Shown: positions 1 to 7,941 of the stretch, piece by piece
Numbering within the stretch: the first letter of the stretch is position 1
Layout: the number at the start of each line of letters is the position of its first letter
Assembly (NCBI GenBank): GCA_043808785.1
Contig: JAZDEL010000009.1
Span: forward strand, 60,001-92,000
DNA length: 32,000 nucleotides
Direction of reading: 5' to 3'
Source of the DNA: Candidatus Iainarchaeum sp.
GTDB lineage: Archaea; Iainarchaeota; Iainarchaeia; Iainarchaeales; JAZDEL01
Translations under genes and position numbers: made by a program
Notes under the pieces: generated by a model
The model's input: the letters and a program-made list of their open reading frames with translations, nothing else
The model's database searches: none
Told to the model about the DNA's origin: nothing

Positions 1-1
1 G

Positions 2-688
2 CAGAAGCAGAAGAGCGGCAGCGTGCTCGGCATAGAGCGCGTGAAAGAAGGGGAATACAAAATGGAATACAGCCCCAGTTATGCAACCCCCGTGATTATG
101 GAGGCCTGGGCGGATGCGGGAACCGCTGGGGCGTTCTACAGGATAGAGGAGGGCAATGAAATCCTCGGCAAGGATGGCGGTTACTTGTCCTACTGGAGGG
201 CGATTGCCGAGAACATAAGCGACGGCAAGGAGTGCGCGGATTATGCGGGTGAGGAACTGCCGTACGCAAAGGCGGATTACCCCGCATCTTCGGGCGATGC
301 ATGCAAGCTTTCGGTGCAGGATGCGGGGGGAACATTCGGCCTTGCATGGGAGACAGGACTTGCAGGGAAAATTTACCTTGAATCCGTTTTCTACACCCCG
401 CTGAACAGTTCCATGGCGCTTGCAAACGCCTGCTCCTCGACAGGCAGGTTCTATTCGAAACTGAACCGCGCGGACCCGGGTTCCGCAAGCAGGGCGCTCA
501 GCCTTAAGGGCTACGGCCAGGACTACGGCTCGGTGCAGGGCATGCTGCAGGGAATAAAAGCGGGGGAGCTCTGCGCAACCTCCGGCGGGGAGCACTTCGA
601 CGTCTGGTGGAACGCGGGAAAATTGAGCGAGGAAATGCGCAATGCGATGTCCGACAAGAGCCCGGTTGCCGACCCCTGCCCGCACTAA
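2..688 (+). CDS. hypothetical protein, C-terminal part (gene begins upstream of the window)
   Basis: The frame is open from nt 2 into track ORF 23..688 with no stop, and ends at TAA 686-688. The sequence is acidic and Gly/Ala/Tyr/Trp/Cys-containing, with no family motif I recognise. Confidence 0.45.
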   Translation, partial: QKQKSGSVLGIERVKEGEYKMEYSPSYATPVIMEAWADAGTAGAFYRIEEGNEILGKDGGYLSYWRAIAENISDGKECADYAGEELPYAKADYPASSGDACKLSVQDAGGTFGLAWETGLAGKIYLESVFYTPLNSSMALANACSSTGRFYSKLNRADPGSASRALSLKGYGQDYGSVQGMLQGIKAGELCATSGGEHFDVWWNAGKLSEEMRNAMSDKSPVADPCPH

Positions 689-929
689 ATGAAAGGTCGG
701 TTAAAGAATAGGCATAATTGAAATCGGCATCAAGGGGCTGCGGAAAAAATCGCGAAAGAGGCAAACCAGGGATCTGCTCGGCCTTTGAAAAAAAGCCGGC
801 GAAAAGAATTCGCAATGCAGTGTGGCTTGCCTCCTCAACTCCCAATACTTTACGCATTGTGCCTGGATGTTTTTAAATACCTTTTCACACGGGCAAAAAG
901 AGTTTTTGTGTTTTCGGGTGTCCGCAACA

Positions 930-937
930 TTTAAATA
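930..937 (+). promoter_or_regulatory. TATA-box-like element (TTTAAATA) upstream of ORF 962
   Basis: TTTAAATA is centred about 28 nt upstream of ATG 962 with no Shine-Dalgarno in between, an archaeal leaderless-type arrangement. A second copy, TTTTTAAATA, lies at 870-879. Confidence 0.4.
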
Positions 938-961
938 CATCCGCGGCGATATGTTGGAAGT

Positions 962-1360
962 ATGGGCATCCTTGAACAGCCGGCTTTTGCATGCGCGGGC
1001 AATGCCGCAAATTATGCGGGCACAATGACGCTGGCGACCATATGGCTTTTGCAGCTTCTCTTTGCGGCGATTTATTTCTCCACGATAAAAACAAAAATCT
1101 CGCGCAGGCTGCTGACCTCCATAACCGTTGCGAACATAATACTCATGCCGGGCATTGTTGTCCTGCCCTCGCTGTTCTCGTACGCGCTTCCGGCATCCGT
1201 GATGCTTGCGTTGGTGCCGGTTGCCGTAATCGCGGAATCCCTGCTCATTTTCCTGCCGAACAGGGATGTAATTACGCTTGAAAAATCGTTCATGTTCAGC
1301 GTAACCATAAGCTTCATCTCGTTCGTTCCGTTCGTATTCGCGATGAACTTCCTGTGCTGA
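962..1360 (+). CDS. small polytopic membrane protein, unknown function
   Basis: The 132-aa ORF has 3-4 hydrophobic helices (LATIWLLQLLFAAIYF, IILMPGIVVLPSLF, VMLALVPVAVIAESLLIF, FSVTISFISFVPFVFAM). Its ATG sits at leaderless distance from a TATA-like box. I recognise no family. Confidence 0.55.
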   Translation: MGILEQPAFACAGNAANYAGTMTLATIWLLQLLFAAIYFSTIKTKISRRLLTSITVANIILMPGIVVLPSLFSYALPASVMLALVPVAVIAESLLIFLPNRDVITLEKSFMFSVTISFISFVPFVFAMNFLC

Positions 1361-1389
1361 GAACCCTCCCCGCAGATCCTGCAGTAACC

Positions 1390-1397
1390 TTTTTATA
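1390..1397 (+). promoter_or_regulatory. TATA-box-like element (TTTTTATA) upstream of the TrmB-family gene
   Basis: This is the only strong A/T box in the 1361-1441 spacer. It lies about 45 nt upstream of the GTG at 1442, which implies a short leader. Confidence 0.3.
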
Positions 1398-1441
1398 CCA
1401 GTTCGAACCTCATTTAGGCATCAGCGCGTTGCTACTATGAA

Positions 1442-2140
1442 GTGGTGCTCTTGGAAGAACTGATTGAACTCGCAAAAAAACTCGGCCTGAACGAGTACGA
1501 ATCAAAGGCATATGTGGCGCTTTCAAAACTCGGCTCCGCCCCTGTCTCGCAGGTTAGCAGGCACGGTGCAATTCCGAGGGCACGCGTTTATGACGTGCTT
1601 GCAAGCCTTGACAGCAAGGGTTTTGCGGTGAAAAAGCCCACAAAGCCCGTGGAGTATGCCGCACTTCCCCCCTCCGCAGCGCTTAAGAACCTGCACGAAA
1701 GGAAGAGGCAGGAATTGGACAGCAGCCTTAAGGAACTTGAAAAGGTCTGCATTATGCTCGAGCGCAAGGCATCCTCGGGCGTAAAGCCTGGCGTGAATGA
1801 AGGAGGTGCCTGGAGCCTGCAGGGCGGCAGGCGCAATATTTACGAAAAAATACTGCAGGAACTCGCAAATGCCGAGCAGGCGGTCCTATTCTGTACGACC
1901 CCCAAGGGCATTAAGAGAAAAAACGGCGCCTTTGGGCATAAATTGGAAGCGCTTTCAAAGAAGGGCGTGAAGGTAAGCTTTGCAAAGCACCCCAATGCAA
2001 GGTTTGTGGTGTTCGACAAGAGCAGTGCAGTGCTTTTCCTTGACCCTGACAGGGGCAGCGGTGATGAGGAACGCGCGCTGCTTATAAAAAGCCCCTATAT
2101 TGCGGGTTATTTGTGCTCGACCCTGAAAAAGCAGGGTTAA
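1442..2140 (+). CDS. TrmB-family transcriptional regulator (winged HTH N-domain plus short C-domain)
   Basis: The N-terminus LIELAKKLGLNEYESKAYVALSKLGSAPVSQVSRHGAIPRARVYDVLASLDSKGFAV matches the TrmB HTH signature (L.lGLs.yEakvY.aLl..G..ta.eis....vPr.rvYdvL..L..kG.v). Start candidates are GTG 1442, GTG 1445 and TTG 1451. Confidence 0.85.
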   Translation: MVLLEELIELAKKLGLNEYESKAYVALSKLGSAPVSQVSRHGAIPRARVYDVLASLDSKGFAVKKPTKPVEYAALPPSAALKNLHERKRQELDSSLKELEKVCIMLERKASSGVKPGVNEGGAWSLQGGRRNIYEKILQELANAEQAVLFCTTPKGIKRKNGAFGHKLEALSKKGVKVSFAKHPNARFVVFDKSSAVLFLDPDRGSGDEERALLIKSPYIAGYLCSTLKKQG

Positions 2141-2179
2141 CCCGCTTTGGCATTTTGGGGGGCGAGTGTAAAAACATTC

Positions 2180-2211
2180 CTGCAGGGCGCGGGTTTTCCC
2201 GCCCTCTGCAG
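2180..2211. terminator. imperfect hairpin between convergent genes (possible bidirectional terminator)
   Basis: CTGCAGGGCGCGGG-TTTT-CCCGCCCTCTGCAG has a perfect GCGGG/CCCGC core plus an outer CTGCAG/CTGCAG stem with one mismatch and one wobble. It lies between the TrmB stop (2140) and the vWA gene stop (2254), and A/T runs flank it. Confidence 0.4.
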
Positions 2212-2253
2212 CAAAAAGAAACTGTTTGCAATGGCGCTTATTGCCGGGAATGG

Positions 2254-5200
2254 TTATTTCCTTCCCTTCCTGCGCTTTGCACTTCTGCCCGATGCCTTTC
2301 TCGCCCTCTTTGCCGGCTTCTCTATTTCCTCAAGCACCGAGAACATCGGCACAGGCGCCTCTTCCTTGGGTTTCCTTATTGCGCTGACCGCTGCGAAAAC
2401 AACGAGCGCCACAACTATGAGCAGCAGCACAAGTATTACTATGTTCTGCATGCTCACAAGGCTTACAAGGCCGGTGCCTATTGCTACAGGCTCGGCCTCG
2501 GTTTCATTTCCCGCGCCTTCCGCAGACTTTCCGAGTTCCACTGTTATGTCCCTTATGAAAGTGCCCTCGTTGGTTTTGAAAACCACGGGCACTATCGCCC
2601 TTGCAGCGCTGAAATCTTCGGGCAGGTCGAGGTACATGGTAACCTTTGTGGACGAATTCGCCTCTATAGTTGTGCTTTCCACATTGAATACCGCGCTGTA
2701 GGACATCGCCTCCGCGGAAGTTATCATCAGGGTTTTTGTCGAGTTGTTGTTCAGTTCGAAACTTACAACAGCGTCAACAGCGCCCTCCTTCTTCATCTCG
2801 TCAAGCCTGACGCCGCTGACCTTTATGTCGACAACTTCCTCCTTCACTTCCCTGCCCTTTATGTTGAGCTTTATTTCCGCAGTGGACACAAACCCGCGGT
2901 CCGTCTTTGCAGTTATTTCTATAGTGCCCTCCTCAGGGGTTATGTCAGCGGGCGGGCTTATTATGAAGTAAACATCAGTCCTCTCGCCCTTTCCCAGCTT
3001 TACCTTGGCCCGGTCTGGGTAAGCCCAGCCCTTGTTAAAGCTCAGGGTTACTTCCTGCGCAACCACGCCGCGGTTCTCCAGCGAGAGAACCTGCTTTGTA
3101 CCCTCGCATTCCGCTACATCGAGCCTGTACTTCATTATTATCAGGTCCACACCGAAGCAGCTCGCTTCGCTGAGGTAGTTTATGGGTTTCTTCTCCGTAG
3201 CCTTGGAGTGCGCGGATTCGGCAGTTGCCTGCATCTCCGCTTCCGAAGCGTCATTTGGCACATTCACGGTTATGGGCACAAGTGCCGAGCCCATTCCGTC
3301 TATGCTTACCTTTCCCTCGGCCTTAACCCACTTCGGCAGGATGCTCAGCGAGAGTTCCTGCTTTTTGGTCCCGAGGTTATTTATCGCTATGGAGTTTGTT
3401 GATGCAACGCCCCTGCATACGTTAAGTTCGGGCGGCAGGAGCAGTATGTTGTAGCAGTCCTCCACGCCGAGCGTGTACCCCTTTGAGAGCATCGCTTTGT
3501 CCGCGCTGACCTTTACAGTGAACGCCTTCTGCACAGGCGTTGCCAGCTCTATATTGAGCTTCTTCGCGAGCCCGCTGAAAACCGCAGACAGGCTGTCCGC
3601 GCTTTTCACATCATAATATTCCCCGCCCGTGGTTTCCACAATCTGCTTGAGCTGTGCCATGCCTTCCTGGTCTATGTCGAAGCCTATCGCATAAACAACT
3701 ATTCCCTTCCCCTTGAGCCTTTTTGCCGCGTCGGCAACATTGCCCTTGCATGTTTCCTTGCCGTCGCTCACAAGTATGACGTATTTGCTTGCGGCTCCCG
3801 CTTTGAAGTCCGATGCAGCGCCGTCAAGCGCGTTAGCCAAGGGTGTCTTTCCCCTGGGGCTCATGCCCTCTATTTTGTCGGTAATCTTCGCTATGTCGAG
3901 CTTTGAAACAGGAACAAGCAGCTGCGAAGCCTCGCATGCAGCGCCCTGCCCGAAAACCCTGAGGCCGAGCTGGACTTCGGTTATGCTGTTTGCGAACGAA
4001 ACTATCGCGTTCTTTGCCGCGTCCATCTTGTTGTGCGAGTTTATGCTCTCGACCATGCTGCCGCTCGAGTCCATAAGTATCTCGATGGCAATGTCGTTCC
4101 TCGACACCTTTGCCCCTTCCTCATAGCCCGAGGTTCCGAGGCTTGCGGTGAATGCCGCCTTTTCGCCCGCCTTCAGCGAAAATTCCTGCCCGCTGAGCGA
4201 AGCGTTTATGCCCTCTACGCTTACCCTTGCATCAACATCCTTTGTGCCCGTGTTCCTGAGCTCAAAGCTGTACTTTGCCCCTTCCTCAGCGCACGCGTTT
4301 TCCGCGCCGCCTGTTTTCTCGAGCGTTATGCCGTAGCAGTCGCTGAGCGTGAATTTGAATGTCTCCGTTGCCGTGTAATCGAACTTGCCGGATTTGGCGA
4401 TTATGCTTATCTCATAATCCCCTGCCCTTTCCGAGGTTTCCCTGAAATCAAGCCTTGCCTTTTTGCTCTGCCCGGCGCCGAGCGCAAACTCCTTTTCGCT
4501 GAGGCCGACCCATGAGGGTGCGCTCATCCCGAGCTTCACTATATCGTCCATCTTTCCGCTGTTTGTAATCTCGATCTCCGCGCTTGTGGCTTCCTCGAGG
4601 CATGCCTCGTGGCTGCCTGCAGCGCCTATGCCTATCTCGAACTCCTGCCCCTGCCCGAGCACGTACTGCGCGCTGTCCGCGGAGAAGAAATTCGGGTTCT
4701 GCAGGTATGCAACCGCATCAAAACTGTAAGTGCCGAGTTTTGCGTCGCACGGCGCCTGCACCCTAAGGTTCGTGTGTTCGGGCGTTCCCTTTGCGACCAT
4801 GAAATCGGTTTTGCCGAGCGTGAACCATCCGCTGTCAAGGCCGTTCAGCCCGAGCCTTACGCTCTCCCTCAGCTGGTTGGGTATGAGCGAGCGGTTTGTA
4901 AGCTTAACATCGTATTCCTTCGCCTCGCACTGCGTGGCGTTCTGCTTTGTAGGGGTTATATCCACATCCACAAAGTGCCCCTGCTTGATGTTTATGTTGC
5001 AGGTTACCCTTGCCGAGATGTCGTTCTTTACCACAATATCCGTCTTGTAACTGCCCGGTTCCGCGTAGCAGTCCGCGATGGTGTAAACGCGCAGTTCCCT
5101 GCACTCGTTCTTCGCAAGCGTTACAGTCGAGGGGATTATGTTTACCCACTGGGCTATCGGGCCCTCGGCGTATGTCTTGTAAGTGTGCGTCACGCCCGAA

Positions 5201-5340
5201 TCGTTGCAGAGCTTGAGGTTATTCACGGAAAGTTCGCACTGCACGCTCGTGCTCGAGCATTCGCCCTCAAGCGATGCAGCCCTCGCTATTCCGCCGAAAA
5301 CCAGCAGTATAAACCCCAGGATTACAAGCCTTTTGTCCAT
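2254..5340 (-). CDS. large surface protein: signal peptide, tandem beta-sandwich (CARDB/NEW3-like) modules, central vWA domain, C-terminal TM anchor and Lys/Arg tail
   Basis: The track ORF is 2254..5349 with a GTG start. I prefer ATG 5340 (MDKRLVILGFILLVFGGIARAAS, a signal peptide) because GAGGTG (5347-5352, minus strand) sits 6 nt upstream of it. A vWA domain with a complete MIDAS is present. The C-terminus is IVILVLLLIVVALVVFAAVSAI followed by RKPK...KRRKGRK. Confidence 0.9.
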   Translation of the reverse strand: MDKRLVILGFILLVFGGIARAASLEGECSSTSVQCELSVNNLKLCNDSGVTHTYKTYAEGPIAQWVNIIPSTVTLAKNECRELRVYTIADCYAEPGSYKTDIVVKNDISARVTCNINIKQGHFVDVDITPTKQNATQCEAKEYDVKLTNRSLIPNQLRESVRLGLNGLDSGWFTLGKTDFMVAKGTPEHTNLRVQAPCDAKLGTYSFDAVAYLQNPNFFSADSAQYVLGQGQEFEIGIGAAGSHEACLEEATSAEIEITNSGKMDDIVKLGMSAPSWVGLSEKEFALGAGQSKKARLDFRETSERAGDYEISIIAKSGKFDYTATETFKFTLSDCYGITLEKTGGAENACAEEGAKYSFELRNTGTKDVDARVSVEGINASLSGQEFSLKAGEKAAFTASLGTSGYEEGAKVSRNDIAIEILMDSSGSMVESINSHNKMDAAKNAIVSFANSITEVQLGLRVFGQGAACEASQLLVPVSKLDIAKITDKIEGMSPRGKTPLANALDGAASDFKAGAASKYVILVSDGKETCKGNVADAAKRLKGKGIVVYAIGFDIDQEGMAQLKQIVETTGGEYYDVKSADSLSAVFSGLAKKLNIELATPVQKAFTVKVSADKAMLSKGYTLGVEDCYNILLLPPELNVCRGVASTNSIAINNLGTKKQELSLSILPKWVKAEGKVSIDGMGSALVPITVNVPNDASEAEMQATAESAHSKATEKKPINYLSEASCFGVDLIIMKYRLDVAECEGTKQVLSLENRGVVAQEVTLSFNKGWAYPDRAKVKLGKGERTDVYFIISPPADITPEEGTIEITAKTDRGFVSTAEIKLNIKGREVKEEVVDIKVSGVRLDEMKKEGAVDAVVSFELNNNSTKTLMITSAEAMSYSAVFNVESTTIEANSSTKVTMYLDLPEDFSAARAIVPVVFKTNEGTFIRDITVELGKSAEGAGNETEAEPVAIGTGLVSLVSMQNIVILVLLLIVVALVVFAAVSAIRKPKEEAPVPMFSVLEEIEKPAKRARKASGRSAKRRKGRK
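3556..4098 (-). other. von Willebrand factor A (vWA) domain with complete MIDAS motif
   Basis: The domain reads IEILMDSSGSM ... GKTPLANAL ... YVILVSDGKE ... VVYAIGFDID. This gives DxSxS (D427, S429, S431), T502 and D529, numbered from the GTG at 5349. Confidence 0.85.
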
Positions 5341-5355
5341 GTTTTCCACCTCAAG

Positions 5356-5420
5356 CTTTGTTTTTTCAGTTTCGCCCTTTGTTTTTCTGTTTGTTCGCCC
5401 TTTGTTTTTTTCAGTTTTTT
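5356..5420. repeat. three tandem 20-23 nt units (CTTTG-T5-7-C(A)GTTT..CGC) in the spacer between the 747-aa and vWA genes
   Basis: The units are ctttgttttttcagtttcgc, cctttgtttttctgtttgttcgc and cctttgtttttttcagtttttt. On the coding (minus) strand they read as A-rich AAAAACAAAGG(GCGAA) repeats. Confidence 0.6.
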
Positions 5421-5426
5421 GGAACC

Positions 5427-7670
5427 TTACCTCGCCCTGACCATAATCCTTCTAGGCAGGCCATACCCTGTTTTTTTGTTACTTCCAAGTAGTAAAACTA
5501 GATAAATTATGGTCAGTAACATTAATATAGCTAACCCTGCGCCCAAAACTGCGGGGTTTGCGAGGTTCAGGAAACCCGTAATTCCCGCGGGGAGCCATCC
5601 GTTTCCGCCGCCCTGGCCTGTTGAATTTCCCCCGGTGCTTCCGCTGCCCGCACCCTGGCTTCCGCCAGCGCCGCCCCGGACATTAATCCTCATTCCCGCG
5701 GTTGCTATGTACTTCTCGCCCTTTGCCTCGAGCGTTGCATCATACTCCCTGGGCAGTGCGTTCTCCGCTGCATAAATCCTGCCGCTTACTGTTGCGCTGC
5801 CGAACGGCGCTATGGATGTTATGCGCGTTGTGGGGAAATAAACGCCGTTTCCGAGGCCCCAGAGCCTTATTGTTATGTTCTCCACGGTTTCCGCGGAGTT
5901 GTTCTTAATTGTGAACTCGAGGGTTTTCTCCTGCCCCGCGGCAATGGAAACATTGCCTGCGTAACCCGAGATTTCAAGTACGCCTTCCGCCCTTCCCGCG
6001 TTTCCCGCGTCCTCCACAACCCTGAATTTCAGTTCGTACTCCTCATTGAATCCTCCGCCCGCCTTTGCGTGCAGGGTTATTTCATAATTCCCGATTTCCG
6101 CATCGTAACCCGGGACAACGCTTACATAAACGCTTTTGCTTTCCCCAATTCCGAGGCCGAAATAACTGTCGGAAATGTCGTGGCTTATTGTTTCATAAGG
6201 GTTGTCGAGGTGCAGTGAAACGTGCTCCTCGTAATCCCCCTTGTTGCTGAACACTATTTCGAAAACCTCGAGGTCCTGCGCGCTGCATGCCCTTTCCTCA
6301 AGGCCGTTGTTCTTTACCTCCACGCGCATATCGTGCATCCTGCCGACATTTACCTGCACGAATTCCTTCTCCTCGCCTTTCGCGTTCCATGCGTAAAGCG
6401 CTATCTCGTGCCACCCTGTCTTGTCGGTTTCCCCTGCCTTAACCGTAATTTTGCCGCTGTAGGTTTTCCCGCCCTGCAGGGTTATGCCGTAGCTTTTCAG
6501 CGAGTTCGGCAAATCTCCCGTGCTTGAAAGCCTTATGTCCTGCTTTTCGCCGAGCAGGTTTTTTACCGTGAACCCTATGCTCACCTGTGCGCCCTTTTCA
6601 ACATCATATTTAACCGCATCAACGGAAAGCTCGAAAGGCCTGCCTGCTTCATCCGAGCACTCGGTTATGCCGAACCCGACAGTGCTTTCGGAATAAACCC
6701 TCTTTGCCTGCCCCTGTGCCTGCACAGCCTGGGCATAAAGGGGCACGTAATAGTAACCCGCGGCGGTTGTGCGGTTTATGTTTATCTTAAGTGTGACTTC
6801 CTCGCTTTCCCAAGCGCCGAGCCAGAGTTCATTCTCCCCAAACGAGGGAAGGAACATTTCCGAAACCGCGGAAAGGGTTATGTGCTGTTCCTTTGCGGTG
6901 TTGTTTTCGATGTAAACGGAAATTTCCTTTGTGTAAGAGTCCTTGCAGAATTCCATGCCCTGCTCGGGGAGTATGCCTATACTGCCCGCGCTCCCGCTTC
7001 CGCTGTTGCTGTTCGCGCCCTTGACATTAACCTTAATTTTCATTTTTTCCGTGAAGGTTCCGCTTGCCTCGGTTTCGCTGCCCCGCTCGCCCCCTTCTGC
7101 GCGGTAGCCCATTATCACATTTATTGCATATGCCCCTTTCCCCGCCCAGTCCTTTGCATTTACATGCATCGCGAATTTGGTGCTCTGCCCTTTCGCAAGG
7201 CAGAATTCCCCTTTCGGAAGAACGGCATAAATTCCATCGTAATTTGATTCCGTGCGCAGTTCCACGCACGCCCTGCCTTCGTAAAGGTTCTGTATTGTGA
7301 GCGCAACTCCCGCAGATGCGGAAGCGCCAAGCTCGATGTTACTGTTGTCCGCGCTTATTGCCACATCGCCCGTGCCGAAAGGCACCGCGGAAACGAAAAC
7401 CGAAAGCATAATCAGGGCGAACGCGAAAGCGAAAAGGTTCGCAACCTTGAGTTTTCCCACCTTGATTTTCCTTGCCCTCTTCGCAATCGCGGGCACCGGG
7501 TTGGCGATTTTCACACCTGCAACCTTGCCCACAATCGCGGGCACGGGGTTAACGAGCTTTACGCCCCTAACTTTTCCCGCAAGCGCTGTAAAGGGTTTGG
7601 CTATCCTAACCCTGCGAACCGCCTTAATTAGCCCTGAAAAAGGGCTTTTCGCGCGTGTTTTTGTTTTCAT
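5427..7670 (-). CDS. surface protein: basic repeat-containing N-terminal tail, TM/signal anchor, tandem beta-sandwich modules, Gly-rich linker, C-terminal TM anchor
   Basis: The 747-aa ORF starts at ATG 7670. Residues 1-75 are Lys/Arg-rich 16-aa repeats, followed by the helix VANLFAFAFALIMLSVFVSAV. Repeated 'TIKN/TVKN/FSNKG'-type strands resemble CARDB/COG1470 envelope proteins. The C-terminus is GGAGGSQGAGSGSTGGNSTGQGGGNG...GFLNL..., a TM helix, then PRRIMVRAR. Confidence 0.85.
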   Translation of the reverse strand: MKTKTRAKSPFSGLIKAVRRVRIAKPFTALAGKVRGVKLVNPVPAIVGKVAGVKIANPVPAIAKRARKIKVGKLKVANLFAFAFALIMLSVFVSAVPFGTGDVAISADNSNIELGASASAGVALTIQNLYEGRACVELRTESNYDGIYAVLPKGEFCLAKGQSTKFAMHVNAKDWAGKGAYAINVIMGYRAEGGERGSETEASGTFTEKMKIKVNVKGANSNSGSGSAGSIGILPEQGMEFCKDSYTKEISVYIENNTAKEQHITLSAVSEMFLPSFGENELWLGAWESEEVTLKININRTTAAGYYYVPLYAQAVQAQGQAKRVYSESTVGFGITECSDEAGRPFELSVDAVKYDVEKGAQVSIGFTVKNLLGEKQDIRLSSTGDLPNSLKSYGITLQGGKTYSGKITVKAGETDKTGWHEIALYAWNAKGEEKEFVQVNVGRMHDMRVEVKNNGLEERACSAQDLEVFEIVFSNKGDYEEHVSLHLDNPYETISHDISDSYFGLGIGESKSVYVSVVPGYDAEIGNYEITLHAKAGGGFNEEYELKFRVVEDAGNAGRAEGVLEISGYAGNVSIAAGQEKTLEFTIKNNSAETVENITIRLWGLGNGVYFPTTRITSIAPFGSATVSGRIYAAENALPREYDATLEAKGEKYIATAGMRINVRGGAGGSQGAGSGSTGGNSTGQGGGNGWLPAGITGFLNLANPAVLGAGLAILMLLTIIYLVLLLGSNKKTGYGLPRRIMVRAR
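7446..7670 (-). repeat. 48-bp / 16-residue periodic basic repeat encoding the N-terminal tail of the 747-aa protein
   Basis: The peptide units are RAKSPFSGLIKAVRRVR, IAKPFTALAGKVRGVK, LVNPVPAIVGKVAGVK and IANPVPAIAKRARKIK. The DNA shows caatcgcgggcac(c/g)gggtt at 7483-7502 and again at 7531-7550. Confidence 0.8.
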
Positions 7671-7698
7671 TTTTCTTCCCCCCCGCCTCTTAAGGGCA

Positions 7699-7929
7699 TT
7701 ACTGCCCCCAGGACTGGATCTTTATTTTCGCCTTCTTTGTGGCTTCAATAAGTCCCGCGAACGGGTTCCTTATTTTCGCCCTGCGCAGGCGCTTCGCCGC
7801 AGAAGCAAAAGCCTTGCCCGCGGTTTTGGGCGCGCCCTTCATGAATGCCGCAAGCGGGCTAACCGCTTTGCGCATTGTTTTTGCCCTTATCTTTTTGCCT
7901 TTTGTGTTTTTTGCCTTGTGTGTTTTCAT
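7699..7929 (-). CDS. 76-aa highly basic protein, paralogous to the N-terminal tail of the downstream 747-aa protein
   Basis: ATG 7929 is preceded by GGAGG (7937-7941, minus strand) with a 7-nt spacer, directly after the upstream gene's stop. The sequence MKTHKAK...KAVSPLAAFMKG...RAKIRNPFAGLIEATKKAKIKI carries the same (K/R)I.NP(F/V)..(L/I) motif as residues 1-75 of the next gene. Confidence 0.65.
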   Translation of the reverse strand: MKTHKAKNTKGKKIRAKTMRKAVSPLAAFMKGAPKTAGKAFASAAKRLRRAKIRNPFAGLIEATKKAKIKIQSWGQ

Positions 7930-7941
7930 TGTATTGCCTCC

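Noticed and set aside
701-1028. Small ORFs 701..940 (-) and 822..1028 (+) lie in the 270-bp spacer after the first gene. I also considered an ncRNA here.
   Set aside because: The ORFs have no start context and odd composition. Apart from two TTTAAATA-type boxes and a small CAAAAA-GAG-TTTTTG palindrome, I could not build a convincing RNA structure. I leave the region as non-coding/promoter.
2134-2143. GGGTTAACCC palindrome at the TrmB stop codon, and GGGGTTAAC strings at 7547-7555 and 21840-21848, were considered as extra copies of the Fic-flanking element.
   Set aside because: The coding occurrences are explained by Val-Asn-Pro codons. The 10-bp palindrome at 2134-2143 lacks the CCCCACA extension and the 47-bp partner arm, so it is probably chance.
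2113-5505. Long plus-strand ORFs (2113..3402 at 429 aa, 4033..4515, 4609..5505 at 298 aa, and others) lie opposite the vWA gene.
   Set aside because: They lie entirely antisense to a gene with a clear vWA domain and signal and anchor features. Their translations are Arg/Cys/His/Phe/Leu-rich and low in Asp/Glu/Lys, with no motifs. This is typical of shadow ORFs in GC-rich coding DNA.
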